NCBI GenBank assembly: GCA_963806535.1
Contig: CAWDYC010000005.1
Span: 160,001 to 224,000, forward strand
Length of the DNA: 64,000 nt
From: Candidatus Bathyarchaeota archaeon
GTDB lineage: Archaea > Thermoproteota > Bathyarchaeia > Bathyarchaeales > Bathycorpusculaceae
Direction of reading: 5' to 3'
Below, piece after piece: positions 31,880-42,205 of the stretch. The number at the start of each line of letters is the position of its first letter. The stretch's first letter is position 1. The notes beneath the pieces are model-generated. The model had not been told where the DNA came from. It was given only the letters and a program-made list of their open reading frames with translations, and did not search any database. The position numbers were made by a program, and so were the translations under genes.

Positions 31880-32970
31880 TCAAAGAAATTAAGCAAGTAA
31901 TAAAAAATTACAATGTCAAAGAGATTCGTATAGGCGTTTTAGGTTCGCATTCAGCACTTGAAATTGCTTCAGGCGCAAAACAGGAAGGTTATGAAACTGT
32001 TGTCGTATGCCAAAAGGGCAGAGACAAGACTTATACAAAATATTACAAGAACGTTTTTGATCATGTGCTTATGCTCGATAAGTTCTCGGATATAACAAAC
32101 GAGACAAACGTAAAGAAACTTGTTGATTTGAACACTATTTTTGTTCCTAACCGATCATTTTCAGTCTATGCTGGTTACGAGGCAATAGAGAACCAGTTTG
32201 CTGTACCATTGATGGGTAACCGCTCAATGCTGCGAACCGAGGAGCGCAACACGCCCAGAAACCAGTTGTATCTGCTACAGAAAGCTGGAATAGCAACGCC
32301 TAAAACCTTCAAATCACCGAGCGAAATCGACTGCCTAGCGATCGTTAAAGTTCCTGAAAAGGAACGTGCCATCGAAAGAGCCTTTTTCTATGCTTCTTCT
32401 CCTGAAGAGTACGAGAAAACTGCCCAAAAACGAATAAAACAGGACATAATCACCGCTGAAGCACTGAAAGGTTCAATAATCGAGGAATATGTTATCGGCG
32501 CAAAATTTAACGCTAACCTGTTTTGGTCACCGTTAACCGACGAAATTGATCTCCTGGGCTTTGACAGACGCATCCAAACTGACCTCGACGGCATCTTAGA
32601 CTTGCCAGCACAAGAGCAAATGGAATTAAACATCCCGACCCAAAATATTGAAATTGGGCACATGGGCGCAACCATACGTGAGAGCCAAATAGAAAAAATC
32701 TTTGATGCAGCAGAAAAATTCGTCAACACATGCAAAAAAGAATATCCGCCAGGAATGATTGGCTTATTTGCGCTGCAGGGCGCTGTTACAAAGGATTTAG
32801 AATTCTATGTTTTCGATGTTAGCCCCCGTGTACCAGGCTGTCCATGTGTTGAGCCAACTTCACCTTACATGAAATACAAGTACGGTATGGAAGTTGGTCC
32901 AGGCAGACGAGTGGCGATGGAAGTTAAACATGCAGTTAAAGAGGGCAGGCTTGCGGAAGTAGTAACATGA
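31873..32970 (+). CDS. purP: PurP-family ATP-grasp formate ligase (PurP-like paralog)
   Basis: GSHSALEI, VPNRSF, ERAFF, FALQG, DVSPRVPG, GRRVAME. Confidence 0.88.
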   Translation: MLVKEIKQVIKNYNVKEIRIGVLGSHSALEIASGAKQEGYETVVVCQKGRDKTYTKYYKNVFDHVLMLDKFSDITNETNVKKLVDLNTIFVPNRSFSVYAGYEAIENQFAVPLMGNRSMLRTEERNTPRNQLYLLQKAGIATPKTFKSPSEIDCLAIVKVPEKERAIERAFFYASSPEEYEKTAQKRIKQDIITAEALKGSIIEEYVIGAKFNANLFWSPLTDEIDLLGFDRRIQTDLDGILDLPAQEQMELNIPTQNIEIGHMGATIRESQIEKIFDAAEKFVNTCKKEYPPGMIGLFALQGAVTKDLEFYVFDVSPRVPGCPCVEPTSPYMKYKYGMEVGPGRRVAMEVKHAVKEGRLAEVVT

Positions 32971-34052
32971 TAACAAGCCAAGACATCGGCAAAATAATTG
33001 AGAAATATGACCAGAAAAAACTAGCCATCGGTACGTTGGGCTCACACAGCTCCCTGAACATTTTCAAAGGCGCCAAAGAAGAAGGCTTCCGCACAGTTTG
33101 CATATGCAAAGAAAAAGATGCAATAATGTACAAGAAATACCCCCTTGTAGACGAATTAATTATAGTTAAAGACTTCACCGAACTTTTAAACGAGAAAATG
33201 CAAGAAAAACTACGCAAGCTAAACGTGGTTTTGGTTCCACATGGCTCATTCACAGCATATCTTAGCACCGAGCAGTTGACCGATAGCCTTTTTGTGCCAA
33301 TGTTTGGAAACCGCCAGCTCCTCCATTGGGAAGCAAACCGCAAATCCCAAGAAGAATGGTTGCGCCAAGCAGGCCTCCTTTTACCCGCAACTTTCAAAAT
33401 GCCAGAAGACATCGACCGCTTAGTCATAGCCAAACTACCTGGAGCCAAAGGAGGACGAGGTTATTTTTTAGCAAATTCACCAAAAGCCTTTTACAAGAAA
33501 TTCAAAGAACTAGTTCAACGGGGCTTACTCAAAGAAACAGATTTGCCGGATATTCACTTGCAGGAATATGCACTTGGCGTTAACGTTTATCCCAGCTATT
33601 TCAGCTCAATTATCAATGATGATGTTGAGTTGCTGGCAATGGATAGACGATATGAATCAGCTGTTGACTGTATAGGAAAGATCCCCGCAGCAGAACAGCT
33701 TGAGATCAAAGTTAATCCAACATACACAGTGGTCGGAAACTTTCCTATTGTTCTCCGAGAATCACTGTTGCCTGAAATGATGCGCATGGGCGACAGTGTC
33801 CACAAGAAAGCCAAAGAGCTTGCGCCTCCAGGAATCATTGGACCATTCTGCCTAGAAAACGTTATTACCGATGACTTGAAAATTTTTACCTTCGAAATCT
33901 CAGCACGAATAGTTGCAGGAACAAATGTTGGCATTGGCACATCGCCCTACGCTTACCTCAAGTACGGTGAAAACATGTACATGGGCAGACGCGTAGCAGT
34001 GGAAATAAAACAAGCAATTCAGCAGAAGAGACTTCCCGAAATCTTAGCATAA
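32967..34052 (+). CDS. purP: FAICAR synthetase PurP
   Basis: SHSSLNI, VPHGSF, GAKGGRGYF, DRRYES, VVGN.P, FEISARIVAGTN. Confidence 0.93.
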   Translation: MITSQDIGKIIEKYDQKKLAIGTLGSHSSLNIFKGAKEEGFRTVCICKEKDAIMYKKYPLVDELIIVKDFTELLNEKMQEKLRKLNVVLVPHGSFTAYLSTEQLTDSLFVPMFGNRQLLHWEANRKSQEEWLRQAGLLLPATFKMPEDIDRLVIAKLPGAKGGRGYFLANSPKAFYKKFKELVQRGLLKETDLPDIHLQEYALGVNVYPSYFSSIINDDVELLAMDRRYESAVDCIGKIPAAEQLEIKVNPTYTVVGNFPIVLRESLLPEMMRMGDSVHKKAKELAPPGIIGPFCLENVITDDLKIFTFEISARIVAGTNVGIGTSPYAYLKYGENMYMGRRVAVEIKQAIQQKRLPEILA

Positions 34053-34059
34053 ATAATTG

Positions 34060-34827
34060 CTACGAAAGGCAAAATGCAAGCAGTCTCTCAAAGTTTTGTC
34101 TATTTTTATTTTTCTTATAAGCTTTCAAAACATCAATCAATTCCAATCTATTCTTTTCTCCAAAAATTTCATCCAAAATCATTGCTGCAGAACTATTTCC
34201 GCCAAAAAGATACTGACAAACCGCCGTAACGTTTGCTACTCTCCTTTCGAGGCTGGCAGTTTCAAAATCCACAATGAAGACTTTTTCAGCTTTGTCCACA
34301 AGCAAATGTTTTGGCGCCTTGCTCAGTTCGCCATGGTCCAAGCCGACTTGATCCAACAGAAAGCATTGTTCTAGGACTTGCGCCAAAATCTGTTTTACAG
34401 CAGCTTTATTTTTGTTTGTTTTAAGCCAATTGGGAAGCAAATCGCCATCAATAAGCTGCATTAGAAGAAGGTTTTTGCTCGCTCCAATAAGTTTTGGAGC
34501 TACCCCTGCAGAGTTTGCTTTAGACAACATATTTGCCTCATGAAGCAGGTCAGCTCGGTCTGAGTCTGTCCTTCGGATTTTGATAGCCACTCTCTCCCCG
34601 TTCAGGTGGGCGATTACTACGATGCCGACAAATCCTTTGCCCAAGACTGGAACCGCAACGCCAAACACGCTGGCTTTCCCTGAAAACTCCAAAGCTGAGA
34701 CACCATGGTTGCGCAATTCTGCAATACGATTTTGCAGTTCAGATTCCTTGGGATGTGGGAAGCAAAGAACCGACGCAAAAGGCTCTTGTGTCAATTGGTC
34801 AACTTGAATGATTATGGGCACGTTCAA
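34060..34827 (-). CDS. Archaeal Ser/Thr protein kinase (RIO/Bud32-like fold)
   Basis: LGKGFVGIV, VAIKIRR, DHGELS, IVDFETAS. Confidence 0.85.
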   Translation of the reverse strand: MNVPIIIQVDQLTQEPFASVLCFPHPKESELQNRIAELRNHGVSALEFSGKASVFGVAVPVLGKGFVGIVVIAHLNGERVAIKIRRTDSDRADLLHEANMLSKANSAGVAPKLIGASKNLLLMQLIDGDLLPNWLKTNKNKAAVKQILAQVLEQCFLLDQVGLDHGELSKAPKHLLVDKAEKVFIVDFETASLERRVANVTAVCQYLFGGNSSAAMILDEIFGEKNRLELIDVLKAYKKNKNRQNFERLLAFCLS

Positions 34828-34984
34828 TATCGGTTCCTTCTTGATTAATGACTACTAATCAGGGACATTATAAATTTGATATTCTTTGCGCGAGGAATCA
34901 ACATTGAAATTTGACTTATGATGAAAAGATATTTTTCAATCGCCAAAACATTATAATTTCTAAGTTTGTGTTAATAGGTGGTGC

Positions 34985-35455
34985 ATGCAATTGCCAAAAA
35001 CTCTTCTTATCGTGTACTTTTCTAACACAGGTAAAACTGAAAAAATGGCTACACAAATAGCAAGAGGCGCCGAGACTGTGAGTGCAAAAGCGATTTTGAA
35101 AAAAGTTGAGAATTGCACTCTAGATGACTTGGCGGAAGCTGATGGTATAGCAATAGGTTCTCCAACGCACTATAGCAATATGTCATGGCAAATTAAGAGA
35201 CTGTTAGACGAAAAAATACTTGCCTTCTACACAAAGGGGCGCTCACTTAGAAACAAAGTGTGCGGCTGCTTCACATCCACAGGAGCATACTGTGATGGTA
35301 AAGAATGCCTCAGAATGTTAGAGTTAGCATTTGGAAATTCTTTAAAAATGAAAATGGTTCCTGGAATTATCCTTGAATCAAAAGATGTGGATGAAAGCAA
35401 TTTGTCTGAATGTTTTGAGTTCGGGCAAAAAATAGGCCGACAACTGATGCAGTAG
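34985..35455 (+). CDS. Flavodoxin / WrbA-like protein
   Basis: YFSNTGKTEKMA, IGSPTHY. Confidence 0.85.
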   Translation: MQLPKTLLIVYFSNTGKTEKMATQIARGAETVSAKAILKKVENCTLDDLAEADGIAIGSPTHYSNMSWQIKRLLDEKILAFYTKGRSLRNKVCGCFTSTGAYCDGKECLRMLELAFGNSLKMKMVPGIILESKDVDESNLSECFEFGQKIGRQLMQ

Positions 35456-35515
35456 CATCCACTTTTTGAAAATGTTATGCGAAGCACTATAAGCCGCAAT
35501 AAATGTATGACGTAG

Positions 35516-35713
35516 ATGGAACTTAATCAGCAGAGAAGCCAAATCAAGTCGGGCATCCGCGTCAAAATCGTTTTGAAGCAAGATCAGCATAGCGGTAAGT
35601 TAACCGAAGGGGTAGTCAAAGATATTCTCACTAACAGTTCAACTCATCCTCACGGAATCAAAGTAAGGCTTACAGACGGCAAAGTCGGCAGAGTACAAAC
35701 AATAATAAAATAA
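35516..35713 (+). CDS. YwbE family (DUF2196) protein
   Basis: IVLKQDQHSGKLTEGVVKDILTNSSTHPHGIKVRL.DGKVGRV. Confidence 0.9.
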   Translation: MELNQQRSQIKSGIRVKIVLKQDQHSGKLTEGVVKDILTNSSTHPHGIKVRLTDGKVGRVQTIIK

Positions 35714-36076
35714 CGTAGCCTTTCAGCTTTAAATTACATAGTCTTTTTGTTTATATTTGGTTTCTATTTCGTTGAGTGTTAAAGCTGCTTCAAATATAAT
35801 TGCATCTACAGAGTCAAATTCTTGTTTTATTGCAACTTTTATTTGAGTCAAAAGTCAATTCCCCAAATAAGAAACTAGTTCGCCTGCAAATTTTACCAGA
35901 TCATAACATGCTGGAATATCTCAGGCTATACTGTTGCTACTTTAATTACTCAAAACTGTTAATATTTGTTTGTGGTTTACTTTACACTACAACAAACGGG
36001 TCAGCGACGAGTTTTTTCGAGGTTATAAATTTTAATAGGGTGATGACATTAATGGGATTCTGTTTGTGTATTATCT

Positions 36077-38185
36077 ATGCCAAGGTTCAAGCAGATACCG
36101 CAGATTCAACAGTTAATGTCTAGAAAAGAGGTTATACGAAACATCGGCATAATCGCGCATATTGATCATGGAAAAACTACGCTTGCCGATTCCCTTTTGG
36201 CTGGTGCTGGTTTGCTTTCAACGACGATGGCTGGTCAAGCCCGCGTGCTTGATTATCTTGCGGAAGAGCAGAAACGTAAAATCACAATAAAAACCGCCAA
36301 CATAACCCTTCTTTATGAAGTGGCAGGTACCCCTTACATAATTAATCTTGTAGATACCCCTGGGCATGTGGATTTTACTGGCAAAGTTACCCGAGCCCTT
36401 CGAGTTATTGATGGTGTTGTGGTGGTTGTGGATGCTGTTGAAGAGATAATGGCTCAAACAGAAATCGTTACCCGGCAAGCATTAGAAGAACGGGTCCGAC
36501 CGGTGCTTTTCATCAATAAAGTTGACCGACTGATAACAGAGTTGCATCTTAATGAAGAGCAAATTCAAAAGAAACTCGATCACATAATCAGCAGCTTTAA
36601 CGATCTAATCGAACTCTTCTGTGAAGAGCCCTTCAAAAACCAGTGGAAAATTGACGCTTCTCAGGGTAATGTAGCTTTTGGCGCAGCATTATATGGATGG
36701 GGCTTCACGCTGAATAAAGCAAAAGAAAAAGGCTTCAAATTCTCCGATATAATCAAAGCCTATTCAATTGGTGAAGGAACAAAACTTCAAAAAATCTTTC
36801 CCGTTTATGAAGCGATTTTTGAAATGGCTGTTCACAGGGTTCCAAATCCAAAAGATGCGCAAGCCTACAGAATCGAGAAAATTTGGGATGGGCACATTGG
36901 CTCGCCGATTGGCGAAGCATTGACTAAATGTAGTGATGAAGGTCCAGCAGTTTTTTGCGTGACAAACGTTTATTCTGATGAGAGAAGCGGTACTGTGGCA
37001 ACGGGAAGATTGTTTTCAGGTAAAGTCCAGAAAGGTGATAAGTTGCATCTTGTTGATGCATTAACTGAAACTGTGATTCAGCAAGTTGCCATTGATATGG
37101 GTTCCCTAAGAGAAGAAGTCGCGTCAGTCTCAGCAGGTAACTTGGCATCTTTAACTTTAACTGGAGAGATTAAAGCCGGCGAAACTCTTGTGGACATTGC
37201 CCATAAAATTTCCATGGTTCCTTTTGAAGGCATATGTTACATTTCCGAAGCCGTCGTAACCTTAGCAATTGAACCCAAAAAACCACAAGATATTCCTGTT
37301 TTGCTTGAGGGCTTGGAGAAGCTTGCAAATGAAGACCCTAACCTAAAAATTATTGTTGATAAGGAAACAGGCGAATATCTGCTCAGCGGCATGGGAGAAT
37401 TACATTTAGAAGTTTCTCTAAATCAGCTGAAAAACTTGAGTGGTAACTTGCAACTAGGTGTATCGTCACCTCGAGTTGTCTACATGGAAACAGTTGAGAC
37501 TCAAGGTATAGTGGCTTTGACAAAAAGTCCTAATAAGCAGAATAGTTTCTGGGTTCAAATTTCTCCAGATGGAAAAGAAATCGAAGAATCAGCAAATATC
37601 CTTTCAGTCGATGAACATCGAAATGTTCTCATAGATTGCAGCGGCAAAACAGAGCCTCTTTCAGAGGAAGTTTTAGAAGCTATTATTGGCGGCTTTGAGT
37701 TTGCTTGTAAAGCTGGTCCATTATGCGGCGAACCAGTACGTCATTTGAAGGTTGATTTGGTTGATTTTCAACTAAATGAGGAATTTGACTCAACAGAGAT
37801 TATGCGTGGCGTTGGAAAAGCAATTTTCGGTTCTTTCTTGACGGCTCAGCCAATACTGTTAGAACCTGTTTACAAAATAATAATCACTGTTACATCAGAA
37901 TTAACGAGTGAAATTTCACGAATACTATGTAGCAGAAGGGGCAAAGTTACCTCATTTGAACAGAAAGGACTTCAAGCAGTTATCAATGGTTTTATTCCAG
38001 TTTCTGAAGCCTTCGGTTTCTCCAAGGAGTTACGGACTACAACTTCGGGAAGAGCTTTTTGGCAATCATTTTTCGATCATTGGGAAAAAATGCCTCCAAA
38101 ATTAAGTTTTCAGGTAATAACTGATATGCGCCAACGTAAAGGTCTCGCACTAGAAGTGCCTAAACCTGATAAGTTTACGGAGTAG
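36077..38185 (+). CDS. Elongation factor 2 paralog (aEF-2p-like), no diphthamide histidine loop
   Basis: AHIDHGKTT, DTPGHVDF, NKVDR, GMGELHLE, GPLCGEP; the HED..HRG loop is replaced by LNEEFDSTEI. Confidence 0.88.
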   Translation: MPRFKQIPQIQQLMSRKEVIRNIGIIAHIDHGKTTLADSLLAGAGLLSTTMAGQARVLDYLAEEQKRKITIKTANITLLYEVAGTPYIINLVDTPGHVDFTGKVTRALRVIDGVVVVVDAVEEIMAQTEIVTRQALEERVRPVLFINKVDRLITELHLNEEQIQKKLDHIISSFNDLIELFCEEPFKNQWKIDASQGNVAFGAALYGWGFTLNKAKEKGFKFSDIIKAYSIGEGTKLQKIFPVYEAIFEMAVHRVPNPKDAQAYRIEKIWDGHIGSPIGEALTKCSDEGPAVFCVTNVYSDERSGTVATGRLFSGKVQKGDKLHLVDALTETVIQQVAIDMGSLREEVASVSAGNLASLTLTGEIKAGETLVDIAHKISMVPFEGICYISEAVVTLAIEPKKPQDIPVLLEGLEKLANEDPNLKIIVDKETGEYLLSGMGELHLEVSLNQLKNLSGNLQLGVSSPRVVYMETVETQGIVALTKSPNKQNSFWVQISPDGKEIEESANILSVDEHRNVLIDCSGKTEPLSEEVLEAIIGGFEFACKAGPLCGEPVRHLKVDLVDFQLNEEFDSTEIMRGVGKAIFGSFLTAQPILLEPVYKIIITVTSELTSEISRILCSRRGKVTSFEQKGLQAVINGFIPVSEAFGFSKELRTTTSGRAFWQSFFDHWEKMPPKLSFQVITDMRQRKGLALEVPKPDKFTE

Positions 38186-38190
38186 TACCA

Positions 38191-39048
38191 TTGCGGCTTT
38201 ATGTTTCATTTGACTTGGATTTTTCACTTTGTTGCGGGCAAGTTTTTAGGTGGAAGAAGTTGGGCGAGTGGTGGTATGGCGTTGTGGGCGAAAATGTGTT
38301 AAAGATTCGTCAGTGCGGAGCTGAATTAGAATTTGAAAACGTCAGCGAAGATTTTGTAACCAGGTACTTTGGTTTAGATGACAATTTGGAACAAATCGCC
38401 AATTGCATCAGCAAAGATAATTACATAAAGCAGGCGTTAGAGCGGTTTGAGGGCTTGAGGATTGTTCGGCAGCTGCCGTGGGAATGCCTCATCAGCTTCA
38501 TCTGCGCAACCTACAAGAGCATAGCGGCAATAGAGCTAATGCTAAAGAAATTATCCAAGAAGTTTGGAGAAAAAAAGACTTTTGATGGATTAGACTTTTA
38601 CACTTTCCCAACAGTTGAGAAACTAGCGTTTGCAAGCGAAAATGGGCTGTGGGAGTGCGGTTTAGGTTACAGGGCCAAATATGTACAGGCAACTGCCAAA
38701 AAAATCTGTGAACAAAAAATTGACCTTGAAACTTTGAAAAGCATGCCCTATTTAGATGCAAGGAAAAAGCTTGTGGAGTTTCCTGGAGTCGGTTTGAAAG
38801 TGGCTGATTGTGTGCTGCTTTTTTCGCTTGAAAAAATGGAGGCTTTTCCCGTTGACGTTTGGGTAAAACGCATAATCCTAAACCATTATGCAGACCAGCT
38901 TCCCGAAATACTTGTAAAAAAACTGTCCGGCCACGGCTCCTTGACAAACGGTGAATACGAAAAAGTTAATGCTTTTGGCAGAAGCTACTTTGGGCAGTAC
39001 GCTGGTTACGCTCAAGAATATCTGTTTCACTTTGAAAGAACGAAATGA
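38191..39048 (+). CDS. ogg: 8-oxoguanine DNA glycosylase (OGG1-type, HhH-GPD)
   Basis: CGQVFRW, WECLISFI, GLGYRAKY, PGVGLKVADC, FPVDVW, AGYAQEYLF. Confidence 0.92.
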   Translation: MRLYVSFDLDFSLCCGQVFRWKKLGEWWYGVVGENVLKIRQCGAELEFENVSEDFVTRYFGLDDNLEQIANCISKDNYIKQALERFEGLRIVRQLPWECLISFICATYKSIAAIELMLKKLSKKFGEKKTFDGLDFYTFPTVEKLAFASENGLWECGLGYRAKYVQATAKKICEQKIDLETLKSMPYLDARKKLVEFPGVGLKVADCVLLFSLEKMEAFPVDVWVKRIILNHYADQLPEILVKKLSGHGSLTNGEYEKVNAFGRSYFGQYAGYAQEYLFHFERTK

Positions 39049-39351
39049 TAGGGTAATGTTTGAAATTCGTGCAATCCGCAAAGCCTTTCATGTGGTCTTT
39101 TAGAAATATTTCACAAGTTGTGAGGGGTTTAGTTTCTCTTTCTCTCTACTATTGACAAGTAGGTCAGAAAATTTATACAGTATGATATACAATTAGAGTG
39201 TTAGTGAGATGATTTTTGTAAACCAGATTTTTTATTATTTTTTATCAGCTAATGTTTAGTTTGCTTTTTCGTTTTTCTTAAAAAAACAACTGCAACGGTT
39301 CTAATCGCGTCGTAGCACCTATCACTACGAAAGAACCCAGCGCTAAAGTCC

Positions 39352-39394
39352 GTTCCGCTTTGGAACAGCACTGTTCCGTCAGCAGAGCTAATAG
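39352..39394 (+). promoter_or_regulatory. GTTCC-N5-GGAAC box, second GTTC half-site and TATA-like TAATAG upstream of module 1
   Basis: gttccgctttggaac (39352-39366); tgttccgtcagcagagctaatag (39372-39394) aligns without gaps to the 43.5-43.8 kb promoters. Confidence 0.6.
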
Positions 39395-39429
39395 GTACTT
39401 GAAGCTTAAGCCAAAGCAAGTGAATAACA

Positions 39430-40515
39430 ATGAAAATCGGAATCAAACTATTTGCAGTAGCAATCCTCTCGTTAACAATGGGAATTGCATGCGCTTCGCC
39501 CCTATTAGTCTCGGAGTTGAACATTAGACCCTACATAAATTATGTGCAAGGACAAACTGCACCATTCAACATCAACGTTGTCTACGCCAACTTTACCATA
39601 CAAAACGCAGACAAGCCAGTAGAACTAAACAGTGGACCAACTATATCCTACTTTGCAATAGTAAACATAACCAACCCTTCTAACTTGGTCGCTACGCTTA
39701 CAATACTTACCTTTGAGGCTGCGCCAGAAATACTTCAGATTCCATCATCGATTCAAAATGGTTCCATTGCTTACGAAGCCCCAGGCGCTTGGGTTGATGG
39801 CAAATATTACAATCTGACCTGGGTTGACACTTCATCGCCATACTTGGGTGAAAACGGCAAGTTGTCAGAGTTTAAAATTGCTTCTCCGTATTGGATGCAA
39901 GGTGTGCAAGTATTTGATACATATGTTAACGGCAACGTTACTTCTTCATATCTAAACATGAATGGAACATGGACCAACGTAACTGGTCAAATTGAAGTGG
40001 CAAGACAACCTATAGGCAGCGAATACTCATCAGCTGGTACAACAGAAGTTGTTTTTAACCAACAAGGCTTTTCGAACGATCCAAGCGAGAACTACTCAAG
40101 CAATGGCATAATATTTGATCCGTCTGCCTCTCAACCTTTCGGACCAATAAGCTTTACCAATCATTTTGTAGGTCAAGGGTTTTTCAACAATTCTTGGAAA
40201 CCACATCAGTCCCGCTTAGTAGCAATATCTGGCAGTTGGCAAGTACTTGCATCCTTGGGGGCGAAAGACAGACCGGTGAAAGCGATACAGGCAGGCACCC
40301 TTACATTTATGACCCAAACTGACAACTTCGTAGATTTATCAGCTCCCGTGAATAATACTGTGATAAATACATCGTCTCATGACATTGAACTTAAACAAGT
40401 GCAGCTAACGCCGAGTGGCAACAGCTATCTCTATAATCCACTATCGCTCGATAACCGAGCATTCCAAATCGACAAATGGGGCGTCGAAGCAACCTTAAGG
40501 AGCCAAACGTCATGA
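39430..40515 (+). CDS. Exported/N-anchored hypothetical protein (module 1, partner)
   Basis: N-terminal hydrophobic GIACASPL segment; N/S/T-rich; shares FNxxVxYA and LTPxxxxxLYN with 42672..43514. Confidence 0.8.
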   Translation: MKIGIKLFAVAILSLTMGIACASPLLVSELNIRPYINYVQGQTAPFNINVVYANFTIQNADKPVELNSGPTISYFAIVNITNPSNLVATLTILTFEAAPEILQIPSSIQNGSIAYEAPGAWVDGKYYNLTWVDTSSPYLGENGKLSEFKIASPYWMQGVQVFDTYVNGNVTSSYLNMNGTWTNVTGQIEVARQPIGSEYSSAGTTEVVFNQQGFSNDPSENYSSNGIIFDPSASQPFGPISFTNHFVGQGFFNNSWKPHQSRLVAISGSWQVLASLGAKDRPVKAIQAGTLTFMTQTDNFVDLSAPVNNTVINTSSHDIELKQVQLTPSGNSYLYNPLSLDNRAFQIDKWGVEATLRSQTS

Positions 40516-40997
40516 CCAACACTGAAAGCGATGAGCTTGAAGGCAACACTCTTAACGTGTATGCTTTTGTGGTCAAAGAAGGTAAACCAGTTGGACCACG
40601 GGAAGTAATGCGGGGCGCTAACCTCAGTGGCCCAAGTACCGCTTATCGGCAGCTTCAAAAACTCGAATCTCTTGGATTAATTCAGAAAAACGTTTACGGG
40701 GCATACGTGGTCAAAGAGAAAGCAAGCGTGAGCGGGCATGTGTGGGTGGGCAGAAACCTCGTACCGCGTCTATTATGTTATTCCATCTTCTTCTTTGGAA
40801 TCTTAAGTGTTGAAGTTACTATCTTGGTTGTGCAATTCTTTTCTCAAGGTCGAACACCTAGTTTAGCAGTTATGTATCTAGCGCCTATTACCGCTATATC
40901 AGCCGGGCTCTTTTTAGTTGAGGGGTTACTGTTGTTTAGAAAGAATAGGCCAAGTAGCGCTTCAAAAGATTACTTTGACGATGAAAAACATATCTAA
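40512..40997 (+). CDS. Membrane-anchored winged-helix regulator (LexA-like DNA-binding domain + 2 TM), module 1
   Basis: PVGPREVMRGANLSGPSTAYRQLQKLESLGLIQK then two TM helices; ATG overlaps the partner stop (ATGA). Confidence 0.82.
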   Translation: MTNTESDELEGNTLNVYAFVVKEGKPVGPREVMRGANLSGPSTAYRQLQKLESLGLIQKNVYGAYVVKEKASVSGHVWVGRNLVPRLLCYSIFFFGILSVEVTILVVQFFSQGRTPSLAVMYLAPITAISAGLFLVEGLLLFRKNRPSSASKDYFDDEKHI

Positions 40998-41033
40998 TCA
41001 CCTCTGCCACAAGAGAATCATAGTGATTCAAGA

Positions 41034-41216
41034 ATGAAAACAAGAACTTCGAATCGGCGCAAACAATCGAACTCCAAGTATCAAATAGCGGGAGTCCTCT
41101 TCGGCTTGGCAGGTTTGGGACTAATCGCAGTTTCCTCAATAAATTACATGCTTATCTTCGTTGGCATCGGACTCATAGCCGTTGGCATCTATTACTTCAT
41201 GGACAAAATACTTTAG
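41034..41216 (+). CDS. Small membrane protein (2 TM)
   Basis: Basic N-terminus followed by two hydrophobic segments. Confidence 0.6.
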   Translation: MKTRTSNRRKQSNSKYQIAGVLFGLAGLGLIAVSSINYMLIFVGIGLIAVGIYYFMDKIL

Positions 41217-41329
41217 CGGGTCTCTTCTGATAATGCAGAATTGTTTTCTCAAAAATTAGATTAGTTGCTTATGGAAAGCGGAAAATGTTTAAATGTTGTT
41301 TGGAACAGCAATATTAAGAGCAGAGCGAA

Positions 41330-41405
<76 letters not shown>

Positions 41406-41467
41406 CATTAATCTTTAAGAGCCGCTGCGAAATGGGGAGGGCTAATTCGCAACAAAATTACAAAAAT

Positions 41468-41965
41468 ATGATGGATGAATCTGTCAAACGACATCAATTT
41501 TCAATAGGTTTGTTGCTGGTTTTTTTCGGAGTAGCTGACTTATGTTTTGTTATGCCAAATATGTATGCTGGGTTGGTAGGAGATTGGCATATTGATTGGC
41601 GTTCTTTAAACTTATACAAGCAGCAATGGACCTTTACCGTTCCTCTCCTTCTAATTACGACCCTGATTGGAACCTTAATGCTAAGCCTATATTGCATAAG
41701 AGGCATTAAACCAGAAAGTGTTAACAATAAACAAAATGCTGCAATTCTGGTAACGGCTCTAGGATTCACATATCAAGTGATTGGCGCATGGCCAATTTGG
41801 AATTTTTGGTATCCATGGCCTTGGCAAGCAGAAATCGCAAGTTATGGCAACTGGCTTGTTTTTCCACTTTTCATCGGTAGCATAGTTGTATTGTTAACTG
41901 GAGCCGCATCTTTATACATTCATAGCAACATATACCACAAAACGCAAGCTACTTTGACAACTTAA
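41468..41965 (+). CDS. Hypothetical multi-pass membrane protein
   Basis: Four hydrophobic segments; start moved downstream of the tRNA. Confidence 0.7.
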   Translation: MMDESVKRHQFSIGLLLVFFGVADLCFVMPNMYAGLVGDWHIDWRSLNLYKQQWTFTVPLLLITTLIGTLMLSLYCIRGIKPESVNNKQNAAILVTALGFTYQVIGAWPIWNFWYPWPWQAEIASYGNWLVFPLFIGSIVVLLTGAASLYIHSNIYHKTQATLTT

Positions 41966-41986
41966 TTGCCTAAATTTAACCTGTTT

Positions 41987-42202
41987 TTACAAGGAAATAT
42001 TCAGTGAAAAATGCGGTCCAAAAATTCTTACGGGGAGAGTGTTTTTATCTTTTCTGCAATGTTGTTTGCCTGCCTCAACTTTGACTACGGGTGCAACTTT
42101 GATGATGGGGTTTCCGTTAGTATCGTAGTCAATCGAGAGGCCATATTCCGTTTTTGTATTCAGTATTAATTGAATCGCAGTAAGTATCTCTTTATTGCCC
42201 AT
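41987..42202 (-). CDS. Small hypothetical protein
   Basis: 71-aa ORF starting 3 nt after the module-2 regulator stop. Confidence 0.4.
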   Translation of the reverse strand: MGNKEILTAIQLILNTKTEYGLSIDYDTNGNPIIKVAPVVKVEAGKQHCRKDKNTLPVRIFGPHFSLNISL

Positions 42203-42205
42203 ATA

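Noticed and set aside
31873-34052. Tandem purP genes as a novelty
   Set aside because: Paired PurP/PurP-like paralogs are well known in archaea.
35800-36123. 107-aa ORF upstream of the EF-2 paralog
   Set aside because: No recognisable motifs, and it overlaps the likely promoter and start of the EF-2 paralog.
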